Shown piece by piece: positions 1 to 10,180 of a stretch of 64,000 bases of DNA. The stretch comes from a virus, in IMG/VR virus record IMGVR_UViG_3300032093_000017, one strand, 5' to 3'. Below the pieces are notes generated by a model. The model saw only the letters and a program-made list of their open reading frames with translations. It searched no databases and was not told where the DNA came from. Each line of letters begins with the position of its first letter. Position 1 is the first letter of the stretch. The position numbers and the translations under genes are program-made.

Positions 1-153
1 CACGTTGAAGTTCTTCCAACTGCTTGGAATGTTACTGAACTTGAGGGGGAATCCTCTTGTGAATTTTTAATAAATAAGGTGTCAAAAGGAGATGTAATTA
101 TTCGTCATTTTGCTGGTGGACAACAATGGAGAAAGGAGTGGTTTGAACAATGA
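1..153 (+). CDS. 3' end of probable glycosyltransferase (truncated by window edge)
   Basis: Frame 1 reads HVEVLPTAWNV...IIRHFAGGQQWRKEWFEQ*; WN...IxHFAG resembles a GT-A C-terminal motif; the stop overlaps the next ATG. Confidence 0.5.
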   Translation, partial: HVEVLPTAWNVTELEGESSCEFLINKVSKGDVIIRHFAGGQQWRKEWFEQ

Positions 154-773
154 AAAAGTATTTTTTGGATTGTGGAACGAATTTAGCACAAGGTTTGATA
201 AAATTTATAGATGATGGAATTATAGATAGTACTTTTGAAATTCATTGTTTTGAACCAAATCCTTATGCAATTGAATTTTCAAAAAACAGATTGTTGAATA
301 GTAAGTATAAAAATCATTCTATTATTTTTAATGAGGTTGCTTTATGGACTGAAGAATGTAGTAAAGTTTTAACATTGGAATCATTTGATGGTGAATATTT
401 TTGCCAACAAACAGGTAATCTTTTGGGATATGATTTAAAATCTGGTGGTGCAACTAATATTATGGGTGATGAATGGAGCAAACCTGGATGGATTGAGGAT
501 AACTGGATTGATAAAAGTTTGGAAGTTAAATGTATTGATTTTTCAGAATATTTAAAAAAAACTGTCAATGAAAATGATTATGTCATATGTAAAATGGACA
601 TTGAAGGTGCCGAATATGATGTTCTTGGTAAACTTATAGATGATGATAGTATAGATCTAATTGATGAAATTTATATTGAATGGCACAATCATTTATTGAA
701 GACGAATTATGATACGCAAGCATTTATTGATGAAATGAAACGTAGAAATATAAAAGTTGAGAGTTGGATTTAA
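150..773 (+). CDS. FkbM-family methyltransferase
   Basis: FLDCGTNxxQG, FEPNP and KMDIEGAEY motifs. Confidence 0.8.
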   Translation: MKKYFLDCGTNLAQGLIKFIDDGIIDSTFEIHCFEPNPYAIEFSKNRLLNSKYKNHSIIFNEVALWTEECSKVLTLESFDGEYFCQQTGNLLGYDLKSGGATNIMGDEWSKPGWIEDNWIDKSLEVKCIDFSEYLKKTVNENDYVICKMDIEGAEYDVLGKLIDDDSIDLIDEIYIEWHNHLLKTNYDTQAFIDEMKRRNIKVESWI

Positions 774-775
774 TC

Positions 776-1393
776 ATGAAAACTTTCATTTGTCATTGGA
801 AAAAGTTAAAAAAAAGAAAAGAAGTTCTTTTAGAAGTTTTAAAAGAAGAAAAAATAGATGAATATGAATTTGTAACAGATTATGATGTTGATGATTGGAA
901 TATAGATGAAATTAAAAAAGAATTTCCAAAAATTTTTGAATTAAATCCAAAAGGAAGAAAGTTAAAATATTCTGAAATTTCTTTATCTTTAAAGCATATT
1001 AAAATAATTAATGAAGTCGCAGAAAAATACGATTATGCTTTAGTTTTGGAAGATGATGTAATTCTGTGTGATAATTTTCAAGAAGAATTTTTAAAGACTT
1101 TTCAACAACTTCCAGAAAATTGGGATTTGGGGTGGGCTGGAACTTGTTGCAATCTACATTCTTATCCACCTAAAGGAATGAGAATATCTAAAACAAATGG
1201 TTCTAGATGCACTCATGCTTATATTATAAACAATAAATGTGCAAAAAAAATTTTAGATGAATTGAAATATTGTAATGATGGAGCAGATTTTTATTATAAT
1301 TATTTGATTGAAAAATATCAGTTGAATAATTATTGGTTTGAACCTCCATTGGCAATACAAAATCCTGACTTTGATACAACAATACAAAATTAA
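776..1393 (+). CDS. Glycosyltransferase family 25-like
   Basis: SLSLKH, LVLEDDV and THAYII motifs; ATG at 776. Confidence 0.75.
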   Translation: MKTFICHWKKLKKRKEVLLEVLKEEKIDEYEFVTDYDVDDWNIDEIKKEFPKIFELNPKGRKLKYSEISLSLKHIKIINEVAEKYDYALVLEDDVILCDNFQEEFLKTFQQLPENWDLGWAGTCCNLHSYPPKGMRISKTNGSRCTHAYIINNKCAKKILDELKYCNDGADFYYNYLIEKYQLNNYWFEPPLAIQNPDFDTTIQN

Positions 1394-1394
1394 A

Positions 1395-2249
1395 ATGAAT
1401 ATATCTTTTTTAGATTTTTGGCAATACCCAAAAGCATTTAATCCAAATAATAATTTTTTTATTCATGTTATTCGTGAATTATTTGAAGAAGTTCAAGTTG
1501 TTCATCCAGAAGACGCAGATGTAATATTTTTTAGTTCTTTTGGCACTGAAAATAGAATGTATAAAAATTGTAAAAAAGTTTTTTATACGGGAGAAAATCA
1601 AAGACCAAATTTTAAAAAATGTGACTATTCTTTGACATTTGATTATGATAGTTATGATGGAAAAAATTTTCGTCTTCCTCTTTGGTATCTTTACATTGAT
1701 TGGTTTGGGGTAATGACGTATGATAATCCAGACTGGTTAATTCCTGAATCTTATCTTTATGATGAAAATGAATTTACAAAAAAAGAAAAGAATAAATTTT
1801 GTTCTATTGTTTTTGGTTCACCAATAGATAGTAGATTGCAAGCAATTGATAGTATATCTAAATATAAACTAGTAGATGTTTTTGGAAAAGTAAACAAAAA
1901 ATATTTTTTACCAGACGGTGAAAAATATAAATTAGATTTAATATCTAATTATAAATTTTCACTTTGTTACGAAAATTCGATTCATTCTGGATATCATACA
2001 GAAAAATTTTTACACGGAAAAATTGCAGGAAATATTCCAATTTATTATGGGAGTGATACCGTAAGTATTGATTTTAATGAACATTGTTGTATTAATGCTA
2101 GTAATATGAGTTTGGAACAATTAAATGAAAAAATTAAACAAATAGATAGTGATGATAAATTATATCAAGAAATTTTAAATCAACCTTTATTTACAGAAAA
2201 GATAAATCTTGATATAATAAAAGAATCTTTTTATTGTATTTTAAAATAA
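1395..2249 (+). CDS. GT10 alpha-1,3-fucosyltransferase-like protein
   Basis: FYTGEN, YKFSLCYENS, GYHTEK and IPIYYG motifs; ATG at 1395. Confidence 0.85.
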   Translation: MNISFLDFWQYPKAFNPNNNFFIHVIRELFEEVQVVHPEDADVIFFSSFGTENRMYKNCKKVFYTGENQRPNFKKCDYSLTFDYDSYDGKNFRLPLWYLYIDWFGVMTYDNPDWLIPESYLYDENEFTKKEKNKFCSIVFGSPIDSRLQAIDSISKYKLVDVFGKVNKKYFLPDGEKYKLDLISNYKFSLCYENSIHSGYHTEKFLHGKIAGNIPIYYGSDTVSIDFNEHCCINASNMSLEQLNEKIKQIDSDDKLYQEILNQPLFTEKINLDIIKESFYCILK

Positions 2250-2263
2250 ATTACTAAAAAATT

Positions 2264-2902
2264 ATGAATTATCAAAGACAACCTGATTTGCCTTATCCAC
2301 AACCTTGGGAATGGATTAAAGATAATATAGAATTTTCTGATGATGAATGTTTATATGTTGATGTTGGGGCAAATGATGGTTTGATTGTTTCCAATACAGC
2401 ATATTTTGATCTTGACCTTAATTGGAAGGGAATATGTATAGAACCACATCCTAGAGCATTTTCTGAATTAATAAAAAATAGAACTAATTCTATTAATTTA
2501 AATATTTGTATTTCTGATGAAGAAGGTGAAGTTGATTTTTGTGCTGTGAGTGGATATGCAGAAATGCTTTCTGGGATAGAAAAATGTTACCATCCAGACC
2601 ATAAAAAAAGGATAAAATCAGAGATTGAAAAATATGGTGGCAATAAAGAAATTGTAAAAATAATTTCAAAACCATTACGACAAGTTTTATCTGAAAATGA
2701 AGTAAAAAAAGTTGATTATCTTTCAATAGACACTGAAGGATCAGAATTGCAAATTCTCAAAAGTATTGATTTTGATGCTGTAGATATTAGAGTAATTTCC
2801 ACTGAAAATTCTTCTAAATCTGATATAAAAATATTTTTAGAAAGTAAAGGATTTGTTTTTGCTGATATGGTATGTTGTGATGAAATTTATTATAAAAAAT
2901 AA
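2264..2902 (+). CDS. FkbM-family methyltransferase
   Basis: VDVGANDG, WKGICIEP and LSIDTEGSE motifs. Confidence 0.85.
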   Translation: MNYQRQPDLPYPQPWEWIKDNIEFSDDECLYVDVGANDGLIVSNTAYFDLDLNWKGICIEPHPRAFSELIKNRTNSINLNICISDEEGEVDFCAVSGYAEMLSGIEKCYHPDHKKRIKSEIEKYGGNKEIVKIISKPLRQVLSENEVKKVDYLSIDTEGSELQILKSIDFDAVDIRVISTENSSKSDIKIFLESKGFVFADMVCCDEIYYKK

Positions 2903-2905
2903 ATT

Positions 2906-3631
2906 ATGAAAATAGCAGTTTGTTTTTCGGGAAAAACTAGAAATTTTGAAGATACTTATCCTTATTTTAAAAAAAATTTATTTGATAAATTTGATACTGA
3001 TGTATTTGTATTTTCATCTCCCAATAAACATGGATATGATTATAATATAAACAAAATTAAAGAATTGTATGATCCTAAAAAAATTATTTTAAATGATGAT
3101 AATTTTTATAAAAATATATCTAAGGAATATAATTTTAAAGACCCATTAATACAAATGTGGTATAATATTTTTCATGCCGATAAACTAAGAAGGGATTATG
3201 AAATTAAAAATGATTTAAAATATAATTATGTTTTTAGAATGAGATTTGATTTCTTTTTTATTAAAACTTTAAATGAAGTTTCAATAAAATTAAATGAAAT
3301 AGATGATAACACTGTTGCAATTCCATATAGGTGGAATTTTTCGGAAGTTCATCCTATGGCAAAAACTGACATGTTTTCTATAGGTACTTCAACATCTATG
3401 ACAAAATATTGTAATTTATTTGAATGTATAAATGATTATATTTTTTCTTTGCCAAAAAATAGTAATGGAACCCCTCATCCAGAATCTTTACTTGGAGTTT
3501 ATTTAAATTCAATTGGATTGAATGTGATTCCAACCGAATCACCATATGAATTTGAGTATCCTAATGAAATAGATATTGGATCTAAAGAACTTTCGTTTAT
3601 ATCAAATTATAGAAAATCTGCATTTGATTAA
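2906..3631 (+). CDS. Putative glycosyltransferase-like protein (paralogue of 6956-7639)
   Basis: MKIAVCFSG..R start, RMRFD and HPE motifs. Confidence 0.55.
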   Translation: MKIAVCFSGKTRNFEDTYPYFKKNLFDKFDTDVFVFSSPNKHGYDYNINKIKELYDPKKIILNDDNFYKNISKEYNFKDPLIQMWYNIFHADKLRRDYEIKNDLKYNYVFRMRFDFFFIKTLNEVSIKLNEIDDNTVAIPYRWNFSEVHPMAKTDMFSIGTSTSMTKYCNLFECINDYIFSLPKNSNGTPHPESLLGVYLNSIGLNVIPTESPYEFEYPNEIDIGSKELSFISNYRKSAFD

Positions 3632-3652
3632 CTATTGTTATTGTGATATAAT
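3624..3652 (+). promoter_or_regulatory. Sigma70-type promoter inside the glycan island
   Basis: TTGATT-17 nt-TATAAT with an extended -10 TG. Confidence 0.5.
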
Positions 3653-3674
3653 ACCTGTAGTAGTTTTTTTTTTT

Positions 3675-4301
3675 ATGACTGAAAGATCATACTCTAACGA
3701 TCCAACAAATGTAATAACGGAGTATCAATTCTGTCCGAATGATTGTCCTTCTCAAGTATTTGATTTGCCAAATAAAAATGAAATATCAATAGTGGTTGTT
3801 GGTGCTCATGATGGTGTTAATGGAGAACAATATGGATTGATGCCATTTCTTGATAATATTGATAATTTTAAAATCTATCTAATAGAACCAATAAAGTCAT
3901 GGTTTGATCAGTTGTACGAAGTTTATGGAAAATTTGGAGAACGTGTAGTATATTTAAATTATGCAATTACTGAAAAAACTTCAAAAATAAAAATGATAGA
4001 TCAGGGAGTCATGTCTAAAATTGGTGATGGGAATTTGGTAGTTGAATCAAAATCTTGGAATGATTTTATATGTGAAAATAAAATTAATTCTATAGATATT
4101 TTGCTTTTAGATTGTGAGGGGTATGAATTTAATATCTTGAAGCAAATTAATTATGAAAAAAATCCACCAAAAAATATTAGATATGAATATGTACATTCCC
4201 AAGATAAAGAGGAGATGGATTTGTTCTTAAAAAAAATGGGTTATGATATAACCTTAGATGATACTGACCCGACATATAATAAAGTTGCTAAAAGAGTATG
4301 A
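3675..4301 (+). CDS. FkbM-family methyltransferase
   Basis: VGAHDG, LIEP and LLDCEGYE motifs; ATG at 3675. Confidence 0.7.
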   Translation: MTERSYSNDPTNVITEYQFCPNDCPSQVFDLPNKNEISIVVVGAHDGVNGEQYGLMPFLDNIDNFKIYLIEPIKSWFDQLYEVYGKFGERVVYLNYAITEKTSKIKMIDQGVMSKIGDGNLVVESKSWNDFICENKINSIDILLLDCEGYEFNILKQINYEKNPPKNIRYEYVHSQDKEEMDLFLKKMGYDITLDDTDPTYNKVAKRV

Positions 4302-5092
4302 AGATAAAAGTTTTTGTAGTAACCTATAATAATTTTGAGTATTTAAAAAATAATATAGTATCTATTTTAAACTCTGATTTAGTTAATTATAATTATTCAA
4401 TAAATGTTATTGATAATTATTGCCAGGGAAATAAAGTAAAAAACTTTTGTTATGAAAATAATATAAATTTATTTGAAAATAAGTTAAGACCTTCTTTTTC
4501 TACAGGGCATCTATCCAGAAGTTGGAATCAATGTATTATTAATGGATTTAAAGATTTAAATAATCCCGATTGTGATATTCTTGTTTTGTGTCAAGATGAT
4601 AATTTATTTTTATCTGAATGGTGCAATGAATTGATTGGTCATCATGATACTTATGAATTTATTTCTATGGGTGGTGGTGATCAATTCCATTCATATAAAC
4701 CAGAACATATTAAAAAAGTAGGTTTATGGGACGAAAGATTTTGTAATATAGGTTATCAAGAATATGATTACTTTATTAGATCTTATATTTACAATAAAGA
4801 ATATTCTTCTATTAATGATCGAAAACACAAAAGATTATATAATACTATTGGAGATAAATTTATAAGTCATGATGACCATTTGATTGGTGGTATGAGAAGT
4901 GATCCAAGACATTTAAATAGTACAAAATATCATAATATATCACATCAAATTTTAATTCAAAAATGGGGAAGTGAAATTTGGAATATTGACTACTTAAACA
5001 CTTTATGTGTAAGTAAAATACCAAATTATGTATATTATCCTTATTTTGAAAAGGACATATATAATTTGAAAGAAAAAAATTATTTGATTTAA
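4298..5092 (+). CDS. GT2-like glycosyltransferase
   Basis: VVTYN, VIDN, QDD and VGLWDERF motifs. Confidence 0.65.
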   Translation: MKIKVFVVTYNNFEYLKNNIVSILNSDLVNYNYSINVIDNYCQGNKVKNFCYENNINLFENKLRPSFSTGHLSRSWNQCIINGFKDLNNPDCDILVLCQDDNLFLSEWCNELIGHHDTYEFISMGGGDQFHSYKPEHIKKVGLWDERFCNIGYQEYDYFIRSYIYNKEYSSINDRKHKRLYNTIGDKFISHDDHLIGGMRSDPRHLNSTKYHNISHQILIQKWGSEIWNIDYLNTLCVSKIPNYVYYPYFEKDIYNLKEKNYLI

Positions 5093-5118
5093 TTTTTTTA
5101 TTTATTTTTATTTTTTAA

Positions 5119-6486
5119 ATGAACAGTTTAGTTATCTTTGATTTGGATGGTGTCCTAATCGACAGTAAAGATTATCATTATGAAGCATTAAATCAAGCAC
5201 TTGGAAATGAGTATGCTATCGGTAGAGAAGAACATGTAAGCATTTATGATGGTCTTCCCACAAAAGCAAAATTAGAACTTTTAACCAAGAATAAAGGTCT
5301 TCCCGTAGATCTTTATGATAAAATTTGGAGAGAAAAGCAAGAAGCAACTCTCAAAATCTTTAATGACTGCGTTGCAAAAGATTATGAGTTGATGGGATAT
5401 TTCCAACAACTTGTAGATGCTGGATATAAGATTGCTGTTGCATCTAACAGTATTCGTAATACTGTAAAGATTATTCTCTTACGTCTTGGGCTTCTGGAAT
5501 TTATTGATATGTACGTCTCCAATGAAGACGTTGTTCGCAATAAACCATTCCCAGCAATGTATTGGAAGTGTATGACTGCTTTAGGTGCTCTTCCAGCAGA
5601 CACTGTAATTGTTGAGGACAGTCATATTGGTAGACAGGGAGCATTGGATAGTAAAGCGCACCTTGTTCCAGTGGAGAATAGAAAAGATTTAAATCAAGAA
5701 AAGATTAATAGGATTAAAAAGATTCTTAATGGCAAAAAACAAAAGGTTGCATGGGAGAGCAAAACTATGAATGTTCTGATCCCTATGGCAGGTGCTGGCA
5801 GTAGATTTGCTAGCCAGGGATACACCTTCCCCAAACCTCTGATTGAAGTTAGAGGTAAACCAATGATCCAAGTAGTGGTTGAGAATCTAAACATTAAAGC
5901 AAACTATACTTTTATTGTTCAAAAGGAACACTATGAAAAGTATAATTTAAATTATCTTCTTCCACTGATTGCTCCTAATTGCAACATTGTTCAAGTAGAT
6001 GGCATTACTGAAGGTGCTGCTTGTACTACTCTCTTAGCTAAACAGTTTATTGATAATGATGAACCTCTTGTAATGGCAAACTCAGATCAGTTTGTTGTTT
6101 GGGATTCAAATGAAACTCTTTATGCTTTTCAGAATGGAGAATGTGATGGAGGTATCCTGACATTCCCTGCAACTCATCCCAAGTGGTCCTATGCTAAACT
6201 TGGTGAAGATGGATATGTTGAAGAGGTTGCTGAGAAGAAGCCAATTTCAGAACATGCAACTGTTGGAATTTATTATTGGAAGAAAGGTTCTGACTATGTT
6301 AAGTATGCAGAACAAATGATTAAAAAAGATATTAGAGTCAATAATGAGTTCTATGTTTGTCCTGTATTCAATGAAGCAATTTCTGATGGAAAGAAAATCA
6401 GAATTAAAGAAATAGAGAAAGATGGAATGTGGGGAATTGGAACACCCGAAGATCTAAACTATTTTTTGGAGAACTACAAAGAATGA
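5119..6486 (+). CDS. HAD phosphatase / sugar nucleotidyltransferase fusion
   Basis: N-terminal FDLDGVLID, KP and ED motifs; C-terminal IPMAGAGSRF..PKPLI and GTPEDL motifs. Confidence 0.85.
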   Translation: MNSLVIFDLDGVLIDSKDYHYEALNQALGNEYAIGREEHVSIYDGLPTKAKLELLTKNKGLPVDLYDKIWREKQEATLKIFNDCVAKDYELMGYFQQLVDAGYKIAVASNSIRNTVKIILLRLGLLEFIDMYVSNEDVVRNKPFPAMYWKCMTALGALPADTVIVEDSHIGRQGALDSKAHLVPVENRKDLNQEKINRIKKILNGKKQKVAWESKTMNVLIPMAGAGSRFASQGYTFPKPLIEVRGKPMIQVVVENLNIKANYTFIVQKEHYEKYNLNYLLPLIAPNCNIVQVDGITEGAACTTLLAKQFIDNDEPLVMANSDQFVVWDSNETLYAFQNGECDGGILTFPATHPKWSYAKLGEDGYVEEVAEKKPISEHATVGIYYWKKGSDYVKYAEQMIKKDIRVNNEFYVCPVFNEAISDGKKIRIKEIEKDGMWGIGTPEDLNYFLENYKE

Positions 6487-6938
6487 AATTGATCGCACAT
6501 AGAGGAAATTTGAATGGACCAAATCCCACTAGAGAAAATAGTATTGATTATATTGAAGAAGCTATATCTGAAGGTTTTGACGTAGAGATTGATTTGAGAC
6601 ATAAAGATCAACGTTTTTATTTGGGACATGATGAACCACAATATCATGCACCTATGACTTGGTTAGTTAAATGGAAAGACAATCTTTGGATTCATTGTAA
6701 AGAACTAGAATCTTTAGACAAAATTTCCAATAGTCCAATAGATTTTAATTATTTTTGGCATCAGGAAGATGACTTTACGTTGACAAGCAAAAAATATATT
6801 TGGACTTATCCTGGAAAATCTTATACATCAAATTCTGTCATTGTTATGCCAGAAATAAATTTAGATATAAATTCATTTAGTAAATTAAGAACATATGAAT
6901 GTTTTGGTGTTTGTAGTGATTATCTGAATAAAATTTAA
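6483..6938 (+). CDS. Glycerophosphodiester phosphodiesterase-like protein
   Basis: IAHRG, EN, VEID and LGHD motifs. Confidence 0.7.
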   Translation: MKLIAHRGNLNGPNPTRENSIDYIEEAISEGFDVEIDLRHKDQRFYLGHDEPQYHAPMTWLVKWKDNLWIHCKELESLDKISNSPIDFNYFWHQEDDFTLTSKKYIWTYPGKSYTSNSVIVMPEINLDINSFSKLRTYECFGVCSDYLNKI

Positions 6939-6955
6939 AAAGAAGTTTTTTTACA

Positions 6956-7639
6956 ATGAAAATAGCACTTTGTTTATCTGGTCAACCTAGATATTTGGAC
7001 GAAGGATACAAACAAATTTATGAAAATATATTATCAAAATATTCTGTTGATACATTTATTCATACTTGGTGGGATTCTGCAATTACTAATCAAAAAATGA
7101 TAGGTTCTGATCATAATAGAACATATTTTTGGAAAGAAGATACTATACAATTAATAAAAGAATATTATTCCCCTATTGAATTTTTGTATGAACCACAGAT
7201 AGAATTTGAAACATATTCTGATGTGAATTATGAATTACTTACTCCAATGAATGTTCATAGTATGTTTTATTCAATCCAGGAGTCGAATGAATTAAAAATA
7301 AAATATGAACAAGAGAATAATTTTGTTTATGATGCAGTAGTTAGATGTAGATTTGATATTTTATTTAATAAATTTGATATTAAACTTATTGATTTGGATT
7401 TGAATTTAATCAATTGCTATATGCTTAATGATGAATTTCCAAATGATCAATTTGCAATTTCATCATCATTTAATATGAACATATACTCTAAGATTTTTAG
7501 TAATTTAGAAAAGTATAAACAATCTGGATGGACTGGATTTATTGGAGAAAGGATTTTAAAGCATCATTTAGAAATGAATAATTTAAATTTTAATAAAAAA
7601 ATTCAAGACAAAATAAACGTTAATATTATAAAAAAATGA
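6956..7639 (+). CDS. Putative glycosyltransferase-like protein (paralogue of 2906-3631)
   Basis: MKIALCLSGQPR, HTW, SMFYS, RCRFD and DQFA motifs. Confidence 0.55.
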   Translation: MKIALCLSGQPRYLDEGYKQIYENILSKYSVDTFIHTWWDSAITNQKMIGSDHNRTYFWKEDTIQLIKEYYSPIEFLYEPQIEFETYSDVNYELLTPMNVHSMFYSIQESNELKIKYEQENNFVYDAVVRCRFDILFNKFDIKLIDLDLNLINCYMLNDEFPNDQFAISSSFNMNIYSKIFSNLEKYKQSGWTGFIGERILKHHLEMNNLNFNKKIQDKINVNIIKK

Positions 7640-8589
7640 AAATAGCATTTCATGATAATTCTCTTTCTTTGAGGGGAACTACTGTAGCAATTTATGATTG
7701 GGCATATTGGACTAGGCATTATCTTGGAATTGAACCAATTATTATGTTTGATGTGAATCATTCTGCAAATGATTCTGGTGTTATTGAAAAATTTGAATCT
7801 GAATTTTCGGTATTTGGGTATTCAAATTTAAGCCAAATTGATACTATTTTGGAAAAAAATAATTGTGATGCCTTTTTGATGGAAAAGGGAGGTGAACCAG
7901 ATGGGGTACTTTCATCTGTATGTAAAAATTTAATTAATGCTATTTCTGGAAATTGGAAATCAGAATGGGTGCATGGAGATGTTTATGCTATGGGATCTAA
8001 ATGGTTATCAAAAATAACTGATTATAAAATTCCATATGTTCCTTACATGGTTTATCTTCCCAATACTGATGAAAATATGAGGAATGAACTGGGAATTCCT
8101 CAAAATGATTTAGTTTTTGGTAGAAATGGTGGATGGGAAACTTTTGATTTGGATTTTGTGAAGCAAGCAATTGTTGAAGTTTTGGAAGAAAGAACTGACA
8201 TTTGGTTTGTTTTTCAATTTACCGAACCCTTTGTCAATCACGAAAGAGTGATATATCTTCCTGGAACTGCTAATTTGGAAACAAAAGTTAAATTCATTAA
8301 TACATGTGATGTTATGCTTCATGCAAGACAAGTTGGTGAATCTTTTGGATTATCTTGTGCGGAATTTTCAATCAGAAATAAACCTGTTATTACTTATTAC
8401 AATTCACCAGAAAAAAATCACATAGATACTTTAGGAGAAAAGGGAATTTATTACGAAAATAAATCAGATATTCTTCATATTCTTAGAAATTTAGATAAAA
8501 ATGAAATAAATGTATTAGAATGGAATTGTTATCGGGAGTATTCTCCAGAAAAAGTAGTTCAAAAATTTAAAGAGGTTTATTTGAAATGA
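7636..8589 (+). CDS. GT-B (GT4-like) glycosyltransferase
   Basis: RGT near the N-terminus; GESFGLSCAEF...KPVI motif. Confidence 0.7.
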   Translation: MKIAFHDNSLSLRGTTVAIYDWAYWTRHYLGIEPIIMFDVNHSANDSGVIEKFESEFSVFGYSNLSQIDTILEKNNCDAFLMEKGGEPDGVLSSVCKNLINAISGNWKSEWVHGDVYAMGSKWLSKITDYKIPYVPYMVYLPNTDENMRNELGIPQNDLVFGRNGGWETFDLDFVKQAIVEVLEERTDIWFVFQFTEPFVNHERVIYLPGTANLETKVKFINTCDVMLHARQVGESFGLSCAEFSIRNKPVITYYNSPEKNHIDTLGEKGIYYENKSDILHILRNLDKNEINVLEWNCYREYSPEKVVQKFKEVYLK

Positions 8590-9479
8590 AATCATTAGTA
8601 ACAGGTGGAGCAGGATTTATTGGATCAAATCTTGTTGATGAATTGATTGAACTTGGACATGAAGTTATTGTAATTGATAATGAATTTTCCGATGTTCATG
8701 ATCAATTTTATTGGAATACAAAAGCAAAAAATTATAAGTATGATATTCGGGATTATGAAAATACGCGACCTTTGTATGAAGGTGTAGATTATGTATTTCA
8801 TCTTGCTGCTGAGGCAAGGATTCAACCAGCAATTTTAAGTCCTATTGAAGCAGTTAGTATTAATTGTGTAGGTACTGTTACAGTCCTTCAGTGTGCTAGA
8901 GAAGCAGGAGTAAAGAAAGTGATTTATTCTTCTACATCTTCTGGTTATGGATTTAATGAAAAACCAAATCACGAAAATCAACGAGATGATTGTTTAAATC
9001 CATATTCGGTATCTAAAGTTGCTGGAGAAAAACTCTGCAAAATGTATAATGACTTATTTGGTCTTAAAACAATTTCCTTTAGGTATTTTAATGTTTATGG
9101 TGAAAGGCAACCTTTAAAAGGACAATATGCTCCAGTTATTGGTATTTTCTTACGTCAACGAAAGGATGGTGAACCTCTTACTATTGTTGGGGATGGGGAA
9201 CAACGTAGAGACTTTACACACGTATCTGATGTAGTTCAAGCAAATATTCTTGCAGCAACAAAAGATATTGATGATGAATATTATGGTGAACTTTATAATG
9301 TGGGTAATGGTGTGAATTACTCAATTAATGAAATTGCAAATGTTATATCTGATAAACAAATAAATATTCCAGCAAGAATTGGAGAATCACGAATTACTCT
9401 TGCAAATAATGGAAAATTGAGAACCATTTTTGGATGGAGACCTCAAGTAAATTTAATGGATTGGATTAAAACTCAATGA
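8586..9479 (+). CDS. NAD-dependent nucleotide-sugar epimerase/dehydratase
   Basis: TGGAGFIG, YSVSK, RYFNVYG and RDFTHV motifs. Confidence 0.9.
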   Translation: MKSLVTGGAGFIGSNLVDELIELGHEVIVIDNEFSDVHDQFYWNTKAKNYKYDIRDYENTRPLYEGVDYVFHLAAEARIQPAILSPIEAVSINCVGTVTVLQCAREAGVKKVIYSSTSSGYGFNEKPNHENQRDDCLNPYSVSKVAGEKLCKMYNDLFGLKTISFRYFNVYGERQPLKGQYAPVIGIFLRQRKDGEPLTIVGDGEQRRDFTHVSDVVQANILAATKDIDDEYYGELYNVGNGVNYSINEIANVISDKQINIPARIGESRITLANNGKLRTIFGWRPQVNLMDWIKTQ

Positions 9480-10180
9480 ATTTATTGATAGAATATTTTA
9501 GATCCCCTGATTATCAGAGGCATAGTGAATATCTTACTTGTATTCACGAGAATTTGGAAAATGAGTACATTGATAAAGTTTATATTTTTATATCAGATGA
9601 TGCAAAGTTAAATTTTCAATCTGATAAAATAGAAATCATTCAAAGGGAAGAACGACCAACATATAAAGATCTTTTTGAATTTTGTAATGAAAATCTAAAA
9701 GATCAAATTTGTATTATTGCAAATGCTGATATTATTCTTGATGAAACTTTATCTGCAGTTAAAGAAACTAATTTAGATAATATTTTTGTTGCTTTAACAC
9801 GATGGGAAGTATTTTGCCAAAATGGTGAGTGGTGTATTGCTCCATTTGATAATTCTTCTTCCCAAGATGTTTGGATATTTACTTCACCAATTAAAACAAC
9901 TGATGAGATGGAATTTACTTTAGGTAAACCTGGATGTGATAATAAAATTGCTAAATTGATGGCAGAACAGGGATACATTTTAAAAAATCCAGGAAAACAA
10001 ATAGTATGTGCTCATTATCATATTTCTGGACATAGAAATTATAATAATGGTGATAGAATTCCTGGTCCATATACTTGCTTAGTGCCAAATAATGATATTA
10101 ATACAGAAACACAACTTATTGAAATTGATGGTTTTGATGAACAAGGACGAGCATACATTATACAGAAGGAAAGATCATAA
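9476..10180 (+). CDS. Glycosyltransferase-like hypothetical protein
   Basis: IANADI, SQDVW and GKPGCDN motifs; glycan-island context. Confidence 0.5.
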   Translation: MNLLIEYFRSPDYQRHSEYLTCIHENLENEYIDKVYIFISDDAKLNFQSDKIEIIQREERPTYKDLFEFCNENLKDQICIIANADIILDETLSAVKETNLDNIFVALTRWEVFCQNGEWCIAPFDNSSSQDVWIFTSPIKTTDEMEFTLGKPGCDNKIAKLMAEQGYILKNPGKQIVCAHYHISGHRNYNNGDRIPGPYTCLVPNNDINTETQLIEIDGFDEQGRAYIIQKERS

